Assembly: GCA_038087875.1 (NCBI GenBank) | Contig: CM075996.1 | Location: 1,490,001-1,554,000 of the forward strand | Source: Malacoraja senta | Taxonomy: Eukaryota | Direction of reading: 5' to 3' | Length of the DNA: 64,000 nt | Shown here: piece after piece, positions 37,701 through 50,077 of the stretch | Layout: every line of letters begins with the position of its first letter | Position numbering within the stretch: the stretch's first letter is position 1 | Translations under genes and position numbers: made by a program | The notes under the pieces: model-generated | What the model was told of the DNA's origin: nothing | Database searches by the model: none | Seen by the model: only the letters and a program-made list of their open reading frames with translations

Positions 37701-38753
37701 TTGTCTTTCTCATCTTATGTAGTGGCTCCAAACCAAAATAAAATGGTTAATATTGGCACTTTTTGTGAGACAAAAAGATGTTGGTACACATGGATCTATT
37801 GGCTTCTGTGCATCAATCTGGTTTTAAAGTATTTAGAGGCACTATCACAAAAAAAAGCACTGGTTACTATACTGATCTGATCTGACAACATCTGCGGAAA
37901 GACTCCTTTGATTAGTATTTTGGGTGTGCAGATTTTCATACGTTCTAGGAGCAGAATTGGGCCATTCGGCCCATCAAGTCTACTCCGCCATTCAATCACG
38001 GCTGATCTATCTTTTTCCTCTTAACCCCATTCTCCTGCCTTTTCCCCACAACCCCTGACACGGGCTTTTGTAAATTTTATGCCCTCATCACAAACTTTGA
38101 TAAGAAAGCGCGACCACTTGAATCATTAACTCATCTGCTCTTTCTGCAGATTCTGCATGGGTTGGGATGCAGATTTTCCGCAGAGTTTTGCCTTTTGTTG
38201 TGCACAAATATGATCACAATTATGGACGTGAACTTAGTTTAGTTTATTACTGTCACATATACTAAGAGTGGAAAAACCTGTTCCGCATGCGATCCAGTCA
38301 AATCGACCTCTGGGAGAGCGTGCAAAAAAGTAGTTCCAGTGGATCTTGCGACTTTCAAGTCTGCAATCTCTGAGAAGTCTGATCTTGGTCTAAGCTGATA
38401 CGCCAAGTGTCCTGAATTCACTGGATTGGCGATGTTGGGGTCAATCTGGCCCAGACAACGCCGTGCCTCCATTCATCACCGCTTGATGTACCACTAGTAT
38501 TCATATCATCCACGATAAAGTATTCCATCATTGTTAATTCCTAACCCTCAATATTTTCTGGGTTGAAGCAATACATCCTCAGATGGTGTCTTAGGAGATC
38601 TGCTAATGACTGGATGAACAGGACACACCAAGATGTGACTGGCAAAATGCACAGATAATAACGTTAATAAAATACTATCATTGATATTTGAAAATAGCCA
38701 ACTGTTCACACGCAACATTATTGCCTGGTGGCGACTAACAGATTGAATGCAAG

Positions 38754-38932
38754 CTAAGGGGCTGTCCCACGGGGTGACGCCTGTATGGTCATGAGTAGTC
38801 GCCCAAAGAGTCGTACCTTTTTCTGGTCGCCACTGGATTTTCAACATGTTGAACATTTTCGGCGACCTGCTGCGACTATGACGGGTGCCGGCAGTCGCTG
38901 AAAAAAACGCGTAAATGGGACAGGCCCTTTAG
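38754..38932. mobile_element. MITE (possibly PIF/Harbinger-type)
   Basis: Terminal inverted repeats ctaaggggctgtccca ... tgggacaggccctttag around a CpG-rich, partly palindromic interior. Confidence 0.6.
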
Positions 38933-40097
38933 ATTCCGAACCTATCTGTGATGCTAGTTTATGTTCCATTACAGTGGAGGATACGACTGGATGATTCAAG
39001 ATGATAAAGAATAGACCTGATCTACAAGAGAACAGAATGGAATAGAATCTGATTATATGTTGACCCTGGAGAATCGTGGAATGTCTCAGCCCCGAAAGTA
39101 CATTTCTAATGATTGATTATTGCAGCGAAGTCTGCAAAATTAGATCATTCGGCCGAAAAAGTAAAGTTCAGAGGCTCTCATGATTAAAAGCACCAGCATG
39201 TGCAGCATGAAGACATAGGCGTAGAAGGTTCATGGCTCAGTGTCTAATCTGTTGTATGTTCATCTTGATTGCAGCAAACTTTAGGAAATAAAGCAGAATA
39301 AGGCAAGGCTTTAATTCCTGTTGATGATTTCTCTAGATTGTTTGAATTGTTGTCTCAGGAATGTTGGAGGGCGAGGGGAGACTTGATAGAAATGTTTAAA
39401 ATTATGATAGGCATCAATGGGGTCGAAAGTCAGTATCTTTTTCCCAACGTGGAAATGTCAAAGATTAGGGGGAATAGCTATAAGGTTAGAGGAGGCAAGT
39501 TTAATGGAGATGTGCGCGGCAGTTTTTTTTCCACGGAGAATGGTAGCCTGGATGACGGGGTGGTGGTGGAGGTAGATATGATAATGGCATTTAAGAGGCT
39601 TTTAGATAGGCACATGGATGTGCAGGGAATAGAGGGATATGGATCACGTGCAGGAAGATGGCATCATGTTTGGCACAAACATTGTGGGCCGGAGGGCCAG
39701 TTCCTGTACTGTTCTATTCTATGTCTGTGTTCTATTTACTGTCCTAATTCCTGATGAAATGTGTGATTATGTGGATACCAACTGGCAGCATCAGTGCAGA
39801 TCGGCCATTTGGTAGAGCTGACAAAGGTTGGAGGCAACTTTGCAATGGCATGAGCAGCAGCAGCAGCCGCATGTGTCCGCGGACAAAGGTAGGAAGGAGA
39901 AAAGGGAGTGGGAAAAGGCATTGTAAAGAGCCATGGTGGTCATTGAATGTCTTAATTCAAATTGAGAGGTTTGTAGTTACACGTGTAAAGTCCTTTTATG
40001 GAAGGTTTATGTTCTGTACAAGCTGTAACATAATGTTTTTATTATTCCACTGCTCAGTTGCTAATTCTGTGTCTTCATTTTAATTTCCTTTCTTCAG

Positions 40098-40279
40098 TGC
40101 GCACTGGTTGAGTCTCACCTCTCTGATGTGATCACAGTTAACACAGATGTGTCTGGCAATATCATCGGTGTTTCCATAGTAACTATCCCAGGGTCCTGCA
40201 ATGGAGCCGAGGTGGAAGATGTGGATTTGGAAGTGTTTAACACAACTGTGCACCTCATGCAACCAGTACTGGCGGCAGC
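40098..40279 (+). CDS. EMC10: EMC10 exon 5
   Basis: tcttcag acceptor, gtgagt donor; [60 protein letters not shown]; 182 bp. Confidence 0.95.
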
Positions 40280-40580
40280 GTGAGTATTCCTTGCCGTACG
40301 TATATTGTATGCTCGGTGGTTCATTTCCCCGTGACGATCTCGTTCAAGTACTGAATGCCTCAATCGTCTGGTGATAAAACATGGAAAATATGCAAGTTGA
40401 GAGTAAGCAGAGTGAGCAGGTTGAACTCGTTCACCCAGCATGAGTGGCATTGGGTGTGAATTTGACACAAATACTAGTCAATCCTGGTGAAAATTGGATA
40501 CACTTGGACAAGAAAATTGATTGAGTGGCCATGTGCAGTTTTAAGTGAGTGTGGTGTTTTACTGGGGAACATGTGTAAAA

Positions 40581-40878
40581 CTATACGAGTTTACCCAAGA
40601 GCTCTCCCGAGTAAAAAAAAAATAATCAAACTCGTGGTAAGCACGTAGAATGTACTTAGCGGGTACGTCGGAGCTCGGGACGTCTCTTAGCGGCTCGTAA
40701 CGCTAACGGCAGGTACTCGGGAAACGCGGTAAGCTCGTGAAGTTTTTTCCAACGTTGAAAAATGTCCACGAGAGCCCCGAGTACTAACGAACGGTTATTA
40801 CCGTAATTCTCCGAGTTCGAATGAGGGGAAACTCGGGAGAACTCTTGAATTACCTCGTACAGTGGGACAGGCCCTTAA
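40581..40878. mobile_element. Related MITE with left end truncated
   Basis: Ends ...cgtacagtgggacaggcccttaa (same terminus as the 38754 element); interior rich in ctcggg/cccgag inverted motifs. Confidence 0.55.
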
Positions 40879-41318
40879 GTGAGCTTGATATCTTTAAGTA
40901 TAAGCTCCACCAGGGTGTTTGTCAACAGCGACGAGGAGAAAGCAACACATGGGTGGATTTTTTAAATCTGTTCATTCCATTTGTGTTAAGAGAGGGTGCA
41001 GAGAGTGCACTATTGTATTTGAGTTTGACCAGTATATTTATGTACAGTATCATCTGATCTGGTTGGATTGCTAGCACAGCAAAGGTTTTCATTGTACTTC
41101 GGTACATGTGACAATAATGAACCTAAAGGTAGTGGCGCAGCAGATAGTGTTGACCCTGGCAGATCCTGCAGCCTGGGATCAGTCCTGTGGGTGTGGAGTT
41201 TGCAGGTTCACCCTGTGACCGCCTGGGCTTCCCCGGGATGCATGTGTTTCCTCTCACATCTCAAAGAACAAGCTGCTAGGTTTAACTGGCCACTTTAAAA
41301 GATCCCTTGTGGTAGGTG

Positions 41319-41467
41319 TTTAAGAAAGAACTGCAGATGCTGGAAAAATCGAAGGTAGACAAAAATGCTGGAGAAACTCAGCGGGTGAGGCAGCATCTAT
41401 GGAGCAATGGAGTAGGTGACGTTTCGGGTCGAGACCCTTCTTCAGACTGATGCTAGTACTAGTCAGA
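41319..41467 (-). mobile_element. Short Penelope-derived insert with hammerhead-like core and 14-bp TSD
   Basis: TSD ccttgtggtaggtg at 41305-41318 and 41468-41481; - strand reads CTGAAGA-A-GGGTC-TC-GACCC-GAAAC-GTC. Confidence 0.75.
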
Positions 41468-43638
41468 CCTTGTGGTAGGTGGGTGACTGGAGAATTGAGT
41501 GTAGTTATAGAGTCACGGAGAGAGCATAGAAGCAGGCTCTTCAGCCCACTGAGCCTGTGCCAGCCATCAACCGGCCATTTACACTAATCCTACTTTTATC
41601 CCAGAGGAGATAGATCAATGGGGAATAAATGGAGGGTAGGATCACTGTGAGAACTGGCATGGATTCAATGGACTGATTGGCCTCAATGTCATGTGAAATG
41701 TGAAACTTCTATTGATATTGCCCTGGAGTAATGAAGAAAGATTAGCTGGTTTGGGTTGTTTAACTTTTGGTTCAGAGGAAGCTAAAGGAAGATTTATCTG
41801 AGATACATAACATTTATAAAGGACTTAGAGTAGATAGCAAGGACCTGTTTCCTTGGCAGAGCAATCAATAGCTTAGATTTAAAATAATAGCTCAAAGGAT
41901 TTGAAAGAAGATGAAGAGAATATTTTTGATCTGCTGCGTTTGAGTTTGAAGCTCATTGCCTGTTTGTGCGGTAGAGGCAGAAATCTTCATCACATTTAAA
42001 AATATTTGGTTGTGCCTCTGAATTGGTAAAATCGACAATACATTCTATGTACGAAGCCACAAAGAACAGGAATGTGGGGGTTAAGCAACCTGTTCTACAA
42101 CCACAGCCAATGGGTTGAATGGACAATAGGTGCAGGAGTAGGCCATTCGGCCCTTCCAGCCAGCACCGCCATTCAATGAGATCATGGCTGATCATCCCCA
42201 ATCAGTACCCCGTTCCTGCCTTCTCCCCATATCCCCTGACTCCGCTATCTTTAAGAGCCCAATCTAGCTCTCGAAAGTATCCAGAGAATCGGCCTCCACC
42301 GCCCTCTGAGGCAGAGAATTCCACACATTCACAACTCTGTGTGTGAAAAATAATATCCCCCATGGCAGTATATATCTCTGATCCTTTCTATAGCTCAGAT
42401 TGCTGAGGTCGTAAACAGCAGCCAAATATCCCAGTTAATGTTGACTAATTTGGTATTACTCTTGATTTATTATTGCTACGTGCACAGAGACAATTAAAGT
42501 TTGTTTTATTGGTGTGCTGTTGAATTAAACCAGCTAATACTGTAAATGAATCAAGCCATTCTGAATATAAACAAGTAAAACTGGTAAAACAAAGAGAATA
42601 TAGAAGAGAGCAAAATATAGTTTTACAGCATTGGAGCATTACAATTCCATGGAAAAAATCCATTGCTGCAATGAGATCGTTTGGAAGATCGGGACTGCAC
42701 CTTAGTTTATGGGGGGGGGGGGGGGCAATAGAGGGGAAGAAGCTCTTCCTGAGTCTGGTAGTATGTGCTAACAAGCTTTTAAATCCTGCCTGATGGAGGT
42801 CGGGAGTAGAGGGAATGATGGAGGTCAAAACAGTCCTTGATTCTGAAGAAGGTGTCAAGACCCTAAACGTCGCCCATTCCTTCTCTCCTGAGATGCTGCC
42901 TGACCCGCTGAGTTACTCCTGCATTTTGTGTCTACCTTGATTATGTTGGCTGTTTTCCCAAGGCGAAGGGAACAGGTGGTGTTTTGGGTTGGAACCCTTC
43001 TTCAGAGTTCCGAACCAAAACGTCACCTACTCCTTTTCATCAGAGATGCTACCTGACCCACTGAGTCACTCCAGCACTTTGTGTCCATCTTCGGTATAAA
43101 TCAGCATCCGCGGTGTCTTCCTGCACACAGCGTCAGTGGTGGGAGTCTGCTCTGTGCAGTGGACTGGGCTACATCCACAATACACTGCAATATCTGTGGC
43201 ATGACTATCACTAATCTTAGAGATTTCTAGTATACGCAGCTCAGATGTACATGAACCAATTTCGTTATTTCAAGGGCAAAGTTAAGATTAAAAGAGTTTA
43301 CTTGTGAAATGACAAAAGGGAAGAGATTTCACTTTTTTTTTGCTTTCCATCGCAGTGAGGAATGTGGGGGAGTCACTGTCATGGATATCTATGTTAAAAT
43401 GTCTATGTTTGTGTTCTGTTGCTTTTTATTTGTATGACTGACTTGGCAAATGAAATTCCTCGTATGTTGCAAAACATACTTGGCTAATAAAGCATTATTG
43501 TGATTGTGATTGATTGTGAAAAGTACACCGTAATAATGTTCTCTTTTGGTGGCCACAACTTTAATTGATCATCTTTTCACAGTCTCTGAGGTCTAAGCAT
43601 GGAACAACTTGCCTTTCTGCCAATCTATACATGTACTT

Positions 43639-44104
<466 letters not shown>

Positions 44105-46825
44105 TGAAATGGAATGCCTTAATTTAGCAGAATTACTGCACCCATAACTAAATCCTACCAAAGTATTGCTAATCTATAGCAAATGCTAAACAATATATGT
44201 ACTTGATATTTGTTATGTAGCACAGGTTAGAGTGTGATAGTGTCAATATGCACAGAGGGTGCAATTGATCTGTGAAATGGTGGTGAAATAAAAACCAAAG
44301 TCTTCTAAATTGTTCCCTGCAGTCAGATAACCCTGCCATGAAACACACCATAATCGCATCAAAGAAAGCTATATGTTTCCCTTCCATTAATCTATAGTAT
44401 GACATAGTTCTCTTTAATATATAGTACAGACATTAGAATTTGGATCGTGGCTGTTGATGTGCATGGGCTTGGCTTTGTGCGTTTGGCCATTGTGTGTAAG
44501 AGAGTGATAGGGTGTGGAGCAATTGATTGCAACTTGGGCAGGATAAAAAGGGATCAGTATGGGATTAATTGAAGGACCTGGTGGGCCGAAGGGCCTGTTT
44601 CTATGTTGTATGTGTCTATGAACTAGCTGTGGTCAGCCATGTGATCATGATCAGCCATGGCTCGAAGGGCCGAATGGCCTACTGCACCTATTGTCTATTG
44701 TGAGCTAAGGGCAATTGACAGCTGTGAACTAGAAAAGGAGAGAATAGAAAAAGGAATAGTAGAAAAATAAATCTTTTAACACACCCACCCCCTTTCAAAC
44801 AAGTAATATTTGTATATGTTATGAATAGTGCAAGCTTCATTATTTCTGATGTCACTGATGCATCTTTTGAGGTGTTGCTATCATAATATTAATGCACAAT
44901 AACAGGAAATATTAAATATATTAAACACTCATACTGTTAATAGTAAAATAGGCAAGATAGGATTGCAGATAATTGAACAGGAGGAAGCAAATTATGAATG
45001 AAAATGAGAAAACAACAGTCTAACATTTTGCATGGGGTCAACGTGAGTGGGAGAAGATATTGAGCTGAACATTTTTGCTGATCCCTCTCTCTGTTGAGTG
45101 CTGATTGCAGTGACAATCACTGCAAGCGAGTTCATTGCAAATGTGGTCAGATGTAGATAGATGGCCCCATCTTCTATCATTACTGCTGGAAGCATCTTCT
45201 GACCGTCTGGGAATTGGCAGTGATCCAGAAACTTGACACTAGGAACTTGATGGAAATCTGTCTCCATCTGGAGACCATTTCTTGGCATGGCTGCTTTTAG
45301 TAATTGAACTATTCCTGGGCCTGTGCTCTTGTTGAAGTGGCCGGCACTTCATTTGGTTATTAATGCCTGAAATTAATGAAAGATTTAGTAACTGTACTTG
45401 GATTCATTACCAGGTTTGGATTCTTGTATGAATTGTAGATTCCTCATCCATGCTTTTCTATTCCCCTTGTTCCTCTTTGACGCTGACTCTTCAACACCAG
45501 AGTGCAGTTCTGCAGGTGTCAGCATTTCTTTAATGCACTGTCCAAAAAGTCATTCTTCAAACACAAAATGAAATGATATAATTTTCTGCCTGTGATCTTC
45601 CTTTTCTCTGTTGATTAAAAAATACATTTTTATGGGTGAGAGGAGAAGTTCTGAGCTGATGAGTGTGAAAGACTGATTGGGAAGAAAGCACACTTGCTCA
45701 GTGATCACTGTTGAATCTGATTCTGAATCCATTCTGCTTTCACATCTCACCAGTCAACACTGGATGACCAGACGTCTGACAGCTCTAACTTTCTTCTGAC
45801 GCAGGCAGCAGTAATTGCAGTTTCTTCCTTGCACATCAGCTGGCTATTCAAACATTCTCCTCACTAGACAGGTGTCCTTGCTTCCCCACCGATATCATGT
45901 GGTTCTGGCCAGGACCGGGGACCAGGTCAGTAATAATGCCCCAGTTGCAGCTGCAAGCAGCTGATGGCATTGACTGGGGTTCTGACCTCCATGCTTTGTA
46001 AACTTTGCTCATTAGACAACCTCAGCAGCAGGAGAAGAAGAACCCTGATGTTTTAATGAGGAATTGCAAGGAGGATCTGTGACTGGAATCCTTCGACACA
46101 GAAGTAAGCAAATTCACTGCAGAATGTCCTTAAAGAGTTGTCAGTGGGGAGGAGTCATTGATTTCATTGTACTCTGAGTTCTGAGCTGTTTCAAACTGCT
46201 GACTACTGCAGTGAATGTGACCTGACCTGCTCACCAGAAACTAATGTATTCATTTGGTGACGGGATTAAATGGAGCACAAACATGTTCCATGCAGTAATA
46301 CATTTACGGCTACAAATAATGCGTTAAACCGCATTAGTGAAGTTCATTAAGTTTCAGGAATCGTGTTCTCCGGAGACTGCTGTAGTTCTAATCACGCTGT
46401 CATGCATTATTTATTTTTATAACATATTGTTTTAATATTTTATCCATTTTTGGCGATATTGCATCGGAGTTGTTCTTATTTTCAGGAATCTTTGATCAAA
46501 TATTAGATGGTTAGAGAATTATTTTGTTTGTCATTCACTTCTGAAGGTGTCCATTCGAGCTGAGATACATTTTCCGAATTGCTGTCAGCCCTGTCCCTCT
46601 TGATTAGATTAATAGTGAATCTACATCCAAGCCCATTGTTCCATGGACTGGGGCCATGCAACATGGTGCAAACTCTGTCCTTCCACCCAAGGGTGGTGAG
46701 ATTATCTGGTGCTCACTCCCAGCGTCCCAGCTGTGAATCAGCTATGCTGTTCACTCCCAGCTGTGAATCAGCCGCCATCTAGCTTAGCCTGTGTCGTTCA
46801 ATGCCATGCTGAGAAGTTCTTTAAG

Positions 46826-47264
46826 CTGAGAGAATGGAGCGGTTGGGCTTGTACACTCTGGAGTTTAGAAGGATGAGAGGGAATCTCATTGAAACATATA
46901 AGATTGTTAAGGGCTTGGACACACTAGAGGCAGGAAACATGTTTCCGATGTTGGGGGAGTCCAGAACCAGGGGCCACAGTTTAAGAATAGGGAGTAAGCC
47001 ATTTAGAGCGGAGATGAGGAAACACTTTTTCTCACAGAGAGTGGTGAGTCTGTGGAATTCTCTGCCTCAGAGGGCGGTGGAGGCAGGTTCTCTGGATGCT
47101 TTCAAGAGAGAGCTAGATAGGGCTCTTAAAGATAGCGGAGTCAGGGGATATGGGGAAATGGCAGGAACGGGGTACTGATTGGGGGTGATCAGCCATGATC
47201 ACATTGAATGGCAGTGCTGGCTCGAAGGGCCGAATGGCCTACTCCTGCACCTATTGTCTATTGT
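46826..47264 (+). mobile_element. CR1/HER1 LINE 3' fragment
   Basis: ORF 46834-47178 is a CR1 ORF2 C-terminus followed by the 3' tail. Confidence 0.88.
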
Positions 47265-48409
47265 CTGAGAGGGAAAGATTTAAGAGTAACCTGAGGGACA
47301 ACTTTTTCACACAGAGGGTGGTGATAATATGGAATGAGCTGCCAGAGGAGCTTCCTGTTCAGGAAGATACTATAAAAGCATTTAAAAGGATTTTGAACAG
47401 GTCCGTGGATAGGAAAGGTTTAGAGGGATACAGGCCAAACAAAGTTAGGTGGGAGTAGTGTAGATGAGGCATCTTGATCGGCATAGTCGAGTTGGGACGA
47501 TGGGCTGTGTGACTCTGAGCAGTCTGGGAAATAGACACAAAAAGCTGGAGTAACTCAGCGCATCAGATCTCTGGAGAAAAGGGAAGTAGTATAATCAACC
47601 CACAGATAATAAATGACCCGTAGAGGCACGTATCAACCACAATTGACAGCTCGGGCTTCTGTGCACTTATGGCAGCACGATGGATTGATGTTTTGAAATG
47701 CGCTGCTCCAAGTAAGAGCAACTGAGGTGCTAGCCCTTTAACATAGTCTGCAGCATCTTCTAACTCAGTTCTGGTTCACTTCTGTGCCTCTGCTTTGTTG
47801 ATGGAGCCCCCTCTTGGTTCTACGGGTAAATATAACGCCCTGACATGGTCGCGGAAAGGCATGTAATTTAAAATGGGGAAAGTAACATTTTGAAACATTA
47901 ACAACTAGAAAAGGGCAATGAGAGTAAGCATAAAAATAAACGTTGCCAAATATTGCAGAGGAAATGAATAATATGGAAAGAAATGCAAGGAACTGCAGAT
48001 GCTGGTTTACCAAAGAAACTCAGTGGGTCAGGCAACATCTCCGGAGAACATGGATAGGTGACTTTTTGGGTCGGAATGCTTCTTCAGATTATGGATTATG
48101 AAAATTGAGAATGTGGAAAGAAAGCTAGATGAATTTTATCAGTTTGATAAGTACTGCGGCATAAAAGTTACAAGTTACAGTTAACATGTTCCCCGCTGAA
48201 TTCCTGTCATGCTACATTAAGCAAGATGCAAATGTTGTTGAGGCTAACATATCTGGTTTGGAGGTTGAACTTGTGTTTACTGCAGTAGTGTTGTTTTTGA
48301 TGGATCAATAGAGGTCCATCTCCTGTGATTGAACCTCATGACTTGAAAAGTGATAATGGAATTTATTTCACTACCTGAACAAGAGAACTATTGCAATTTG
48401 CGCATATTG

Positions 48410-49440
48410 TCATAAGTGATAGGAGTAGACTTAGGCCATTTGGCCCATCAAGTCTACTCCGCCATTTAGAAGGATGAGAGGAGATCTTATTGAAACGTAT
48501 AAGATTATTAAGGGATTGGACACGCTAGAGGCAGGAAACATGTTCGCGATGTTGGGGGAGTCCAGAACCAGGGGCCACAGTTTAAGAATAAGGGGTAGGC
48601 CATTTAGAACGGAGATGAGGAAACACTTATTCACACAGAGAGTTGTGAGTCTGTGGAATTCTCTGCCTCAGAAGACAGTGGAGGCCGGTTCTCTGGATAC
48701 TTTCAAGAGAGAGCTAGATAGAGTTCAAAGATAGCAGAGTCGGGGGATACGGTGAGAAGGCAGGAACAGGATACTGAATGTGGATGTTCAGCCATGATCA
48801 CAGTGAATGGCGGTGCTGGCTCGAACAGCCGAATGGCCTACTCCTGCACCTATTGTCTATTGTCAATCATGGCTGATCTATCTCTCCCTCCTAACCCCAT
48901 TCTCTTGCCTTCTCCCCATAACCTCTGACACCTGTACTAATCAAAAATCTATCTCTGCCTTAAAAATATCCACTGACTTGGCCTCTACAGCCTTCTGTGG
49001 CAAAGAATTCCACAGATTCACCACCCTCTAAAGAAATTTCTCCTCATCTTCCTAAAAGAACGTCTTTTAATTCTTATGCTGTGACCTCTAGCCCTAGACT
49101 CTCCCACTAGTGGAAACACTCTCTCCACATCCACTCTAACCAAGCCTTTCACTATTCTGTATGTTTCAATGAGGTCCCCCCTCATTCTTCTAAACTCCAG
49201 CGAGTACAGGCCCTGTGCCGACAAATGCTCATCATGGGTTAACCCACTCATTCCTGGGATCATTCTTGTAAACCTCCTGTGGACCCTCTCCAGGGCCAGC
49301 ACATCCTTCCTCAGATATGGTGCCCAAAACTGCTCACAATATTCCAAATGCGGCCTCACCAGCACCTTATAGAGCCTCAGCATTACAGCCCTGTTTTTGC
49401 ATACTAGCCCTCTTGAAATAAATGTTAGCATTGAGTTTGC
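48410..49440. mobile_element. Nested CR1/HER1 fragments (+ strand copy ~48469-48863 inside a - strand copy)
   Basis: ORF 49018-49473 (-) contains LYKVLVRPHLEYCEQFWAPY; ORF 48474-48734 (+) is a second CR1 copy interrupting its tail. Confidence 0.85.
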
Positions 49441-50014
49441 TAATGTGTCAGACAATGCTGCAGGGATGCTCATTAAAACAGCATCTACAAATAAAAGGTT
49501 AGCAATTCAATAATTCTCCCTTGGGTAGAGAATCCACCACATGACTTACTGTTTGGTGAATCCAGTAGCGTTAATTATGAGTGAGACGTTTGGGCGATCC
49601 CATGATAGGGTTTGTCAGTACATTCCCTCTGTAGTAAGTCAGCCCACCAACAGCAGTGGCCTGGGTGCACGTACGCATGTGCAAGGTACTAGATGGTGAC
49701 CCTACAACCAACACACCATAGCAAGACAAGAACAACATCTAGAAAGGGAGAGAAGGAACAGGCCCTTGTGCAATGACGTGGAGATGTTTTGTGATATAAT
49801 GGGCTTCACACGACCACCTGCATTAATGGAACTACTGCAAAATGTACAAAGGAATGGCTTGAAATGTTCTTGACACACAACAGGCGGAGAACGAAGAAGG
49901 ACATCCCTAAAAGCTGCTATTGTGAACCAACCGGTCGTTCGATGTTGCTTGTCTATTGCCTAATCCTGTGTACCATTTGTATCTGTATCTTTATTTCTGT
50001 TTTCTTTTATGCAG

Positions 50015-50077
50015 TGGCATTTAATTCTGGGCGGGGCCATCTTTCTCATGATTACAAATAACGTCCAAGCGCCCTGA
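50015..50077 (+). CDS. EMC10: EMC10 alternative coding exon (secreted/soluble-isoform-type C-terminus)
   Basis: Long pyrimidine tract then atgcag|TGG; phase 0 after exon 6; encodes WHLILGGAIFLMITNNVQAP*, resembling the recalled human soluble-isoform end WHIILGGAVLL... Confidence 0.8.
   Translation, partial: WHLILGGAIFLMITNNVQAP

Noticed and set aside
45795..46103. Possible extra exon (gacgcag acceptor ... gaa|gtaagc donor) in EMC10 intron 6
   Set aside because: No recognisable peptide and weak splice signals; cannot be supported without RNA data.
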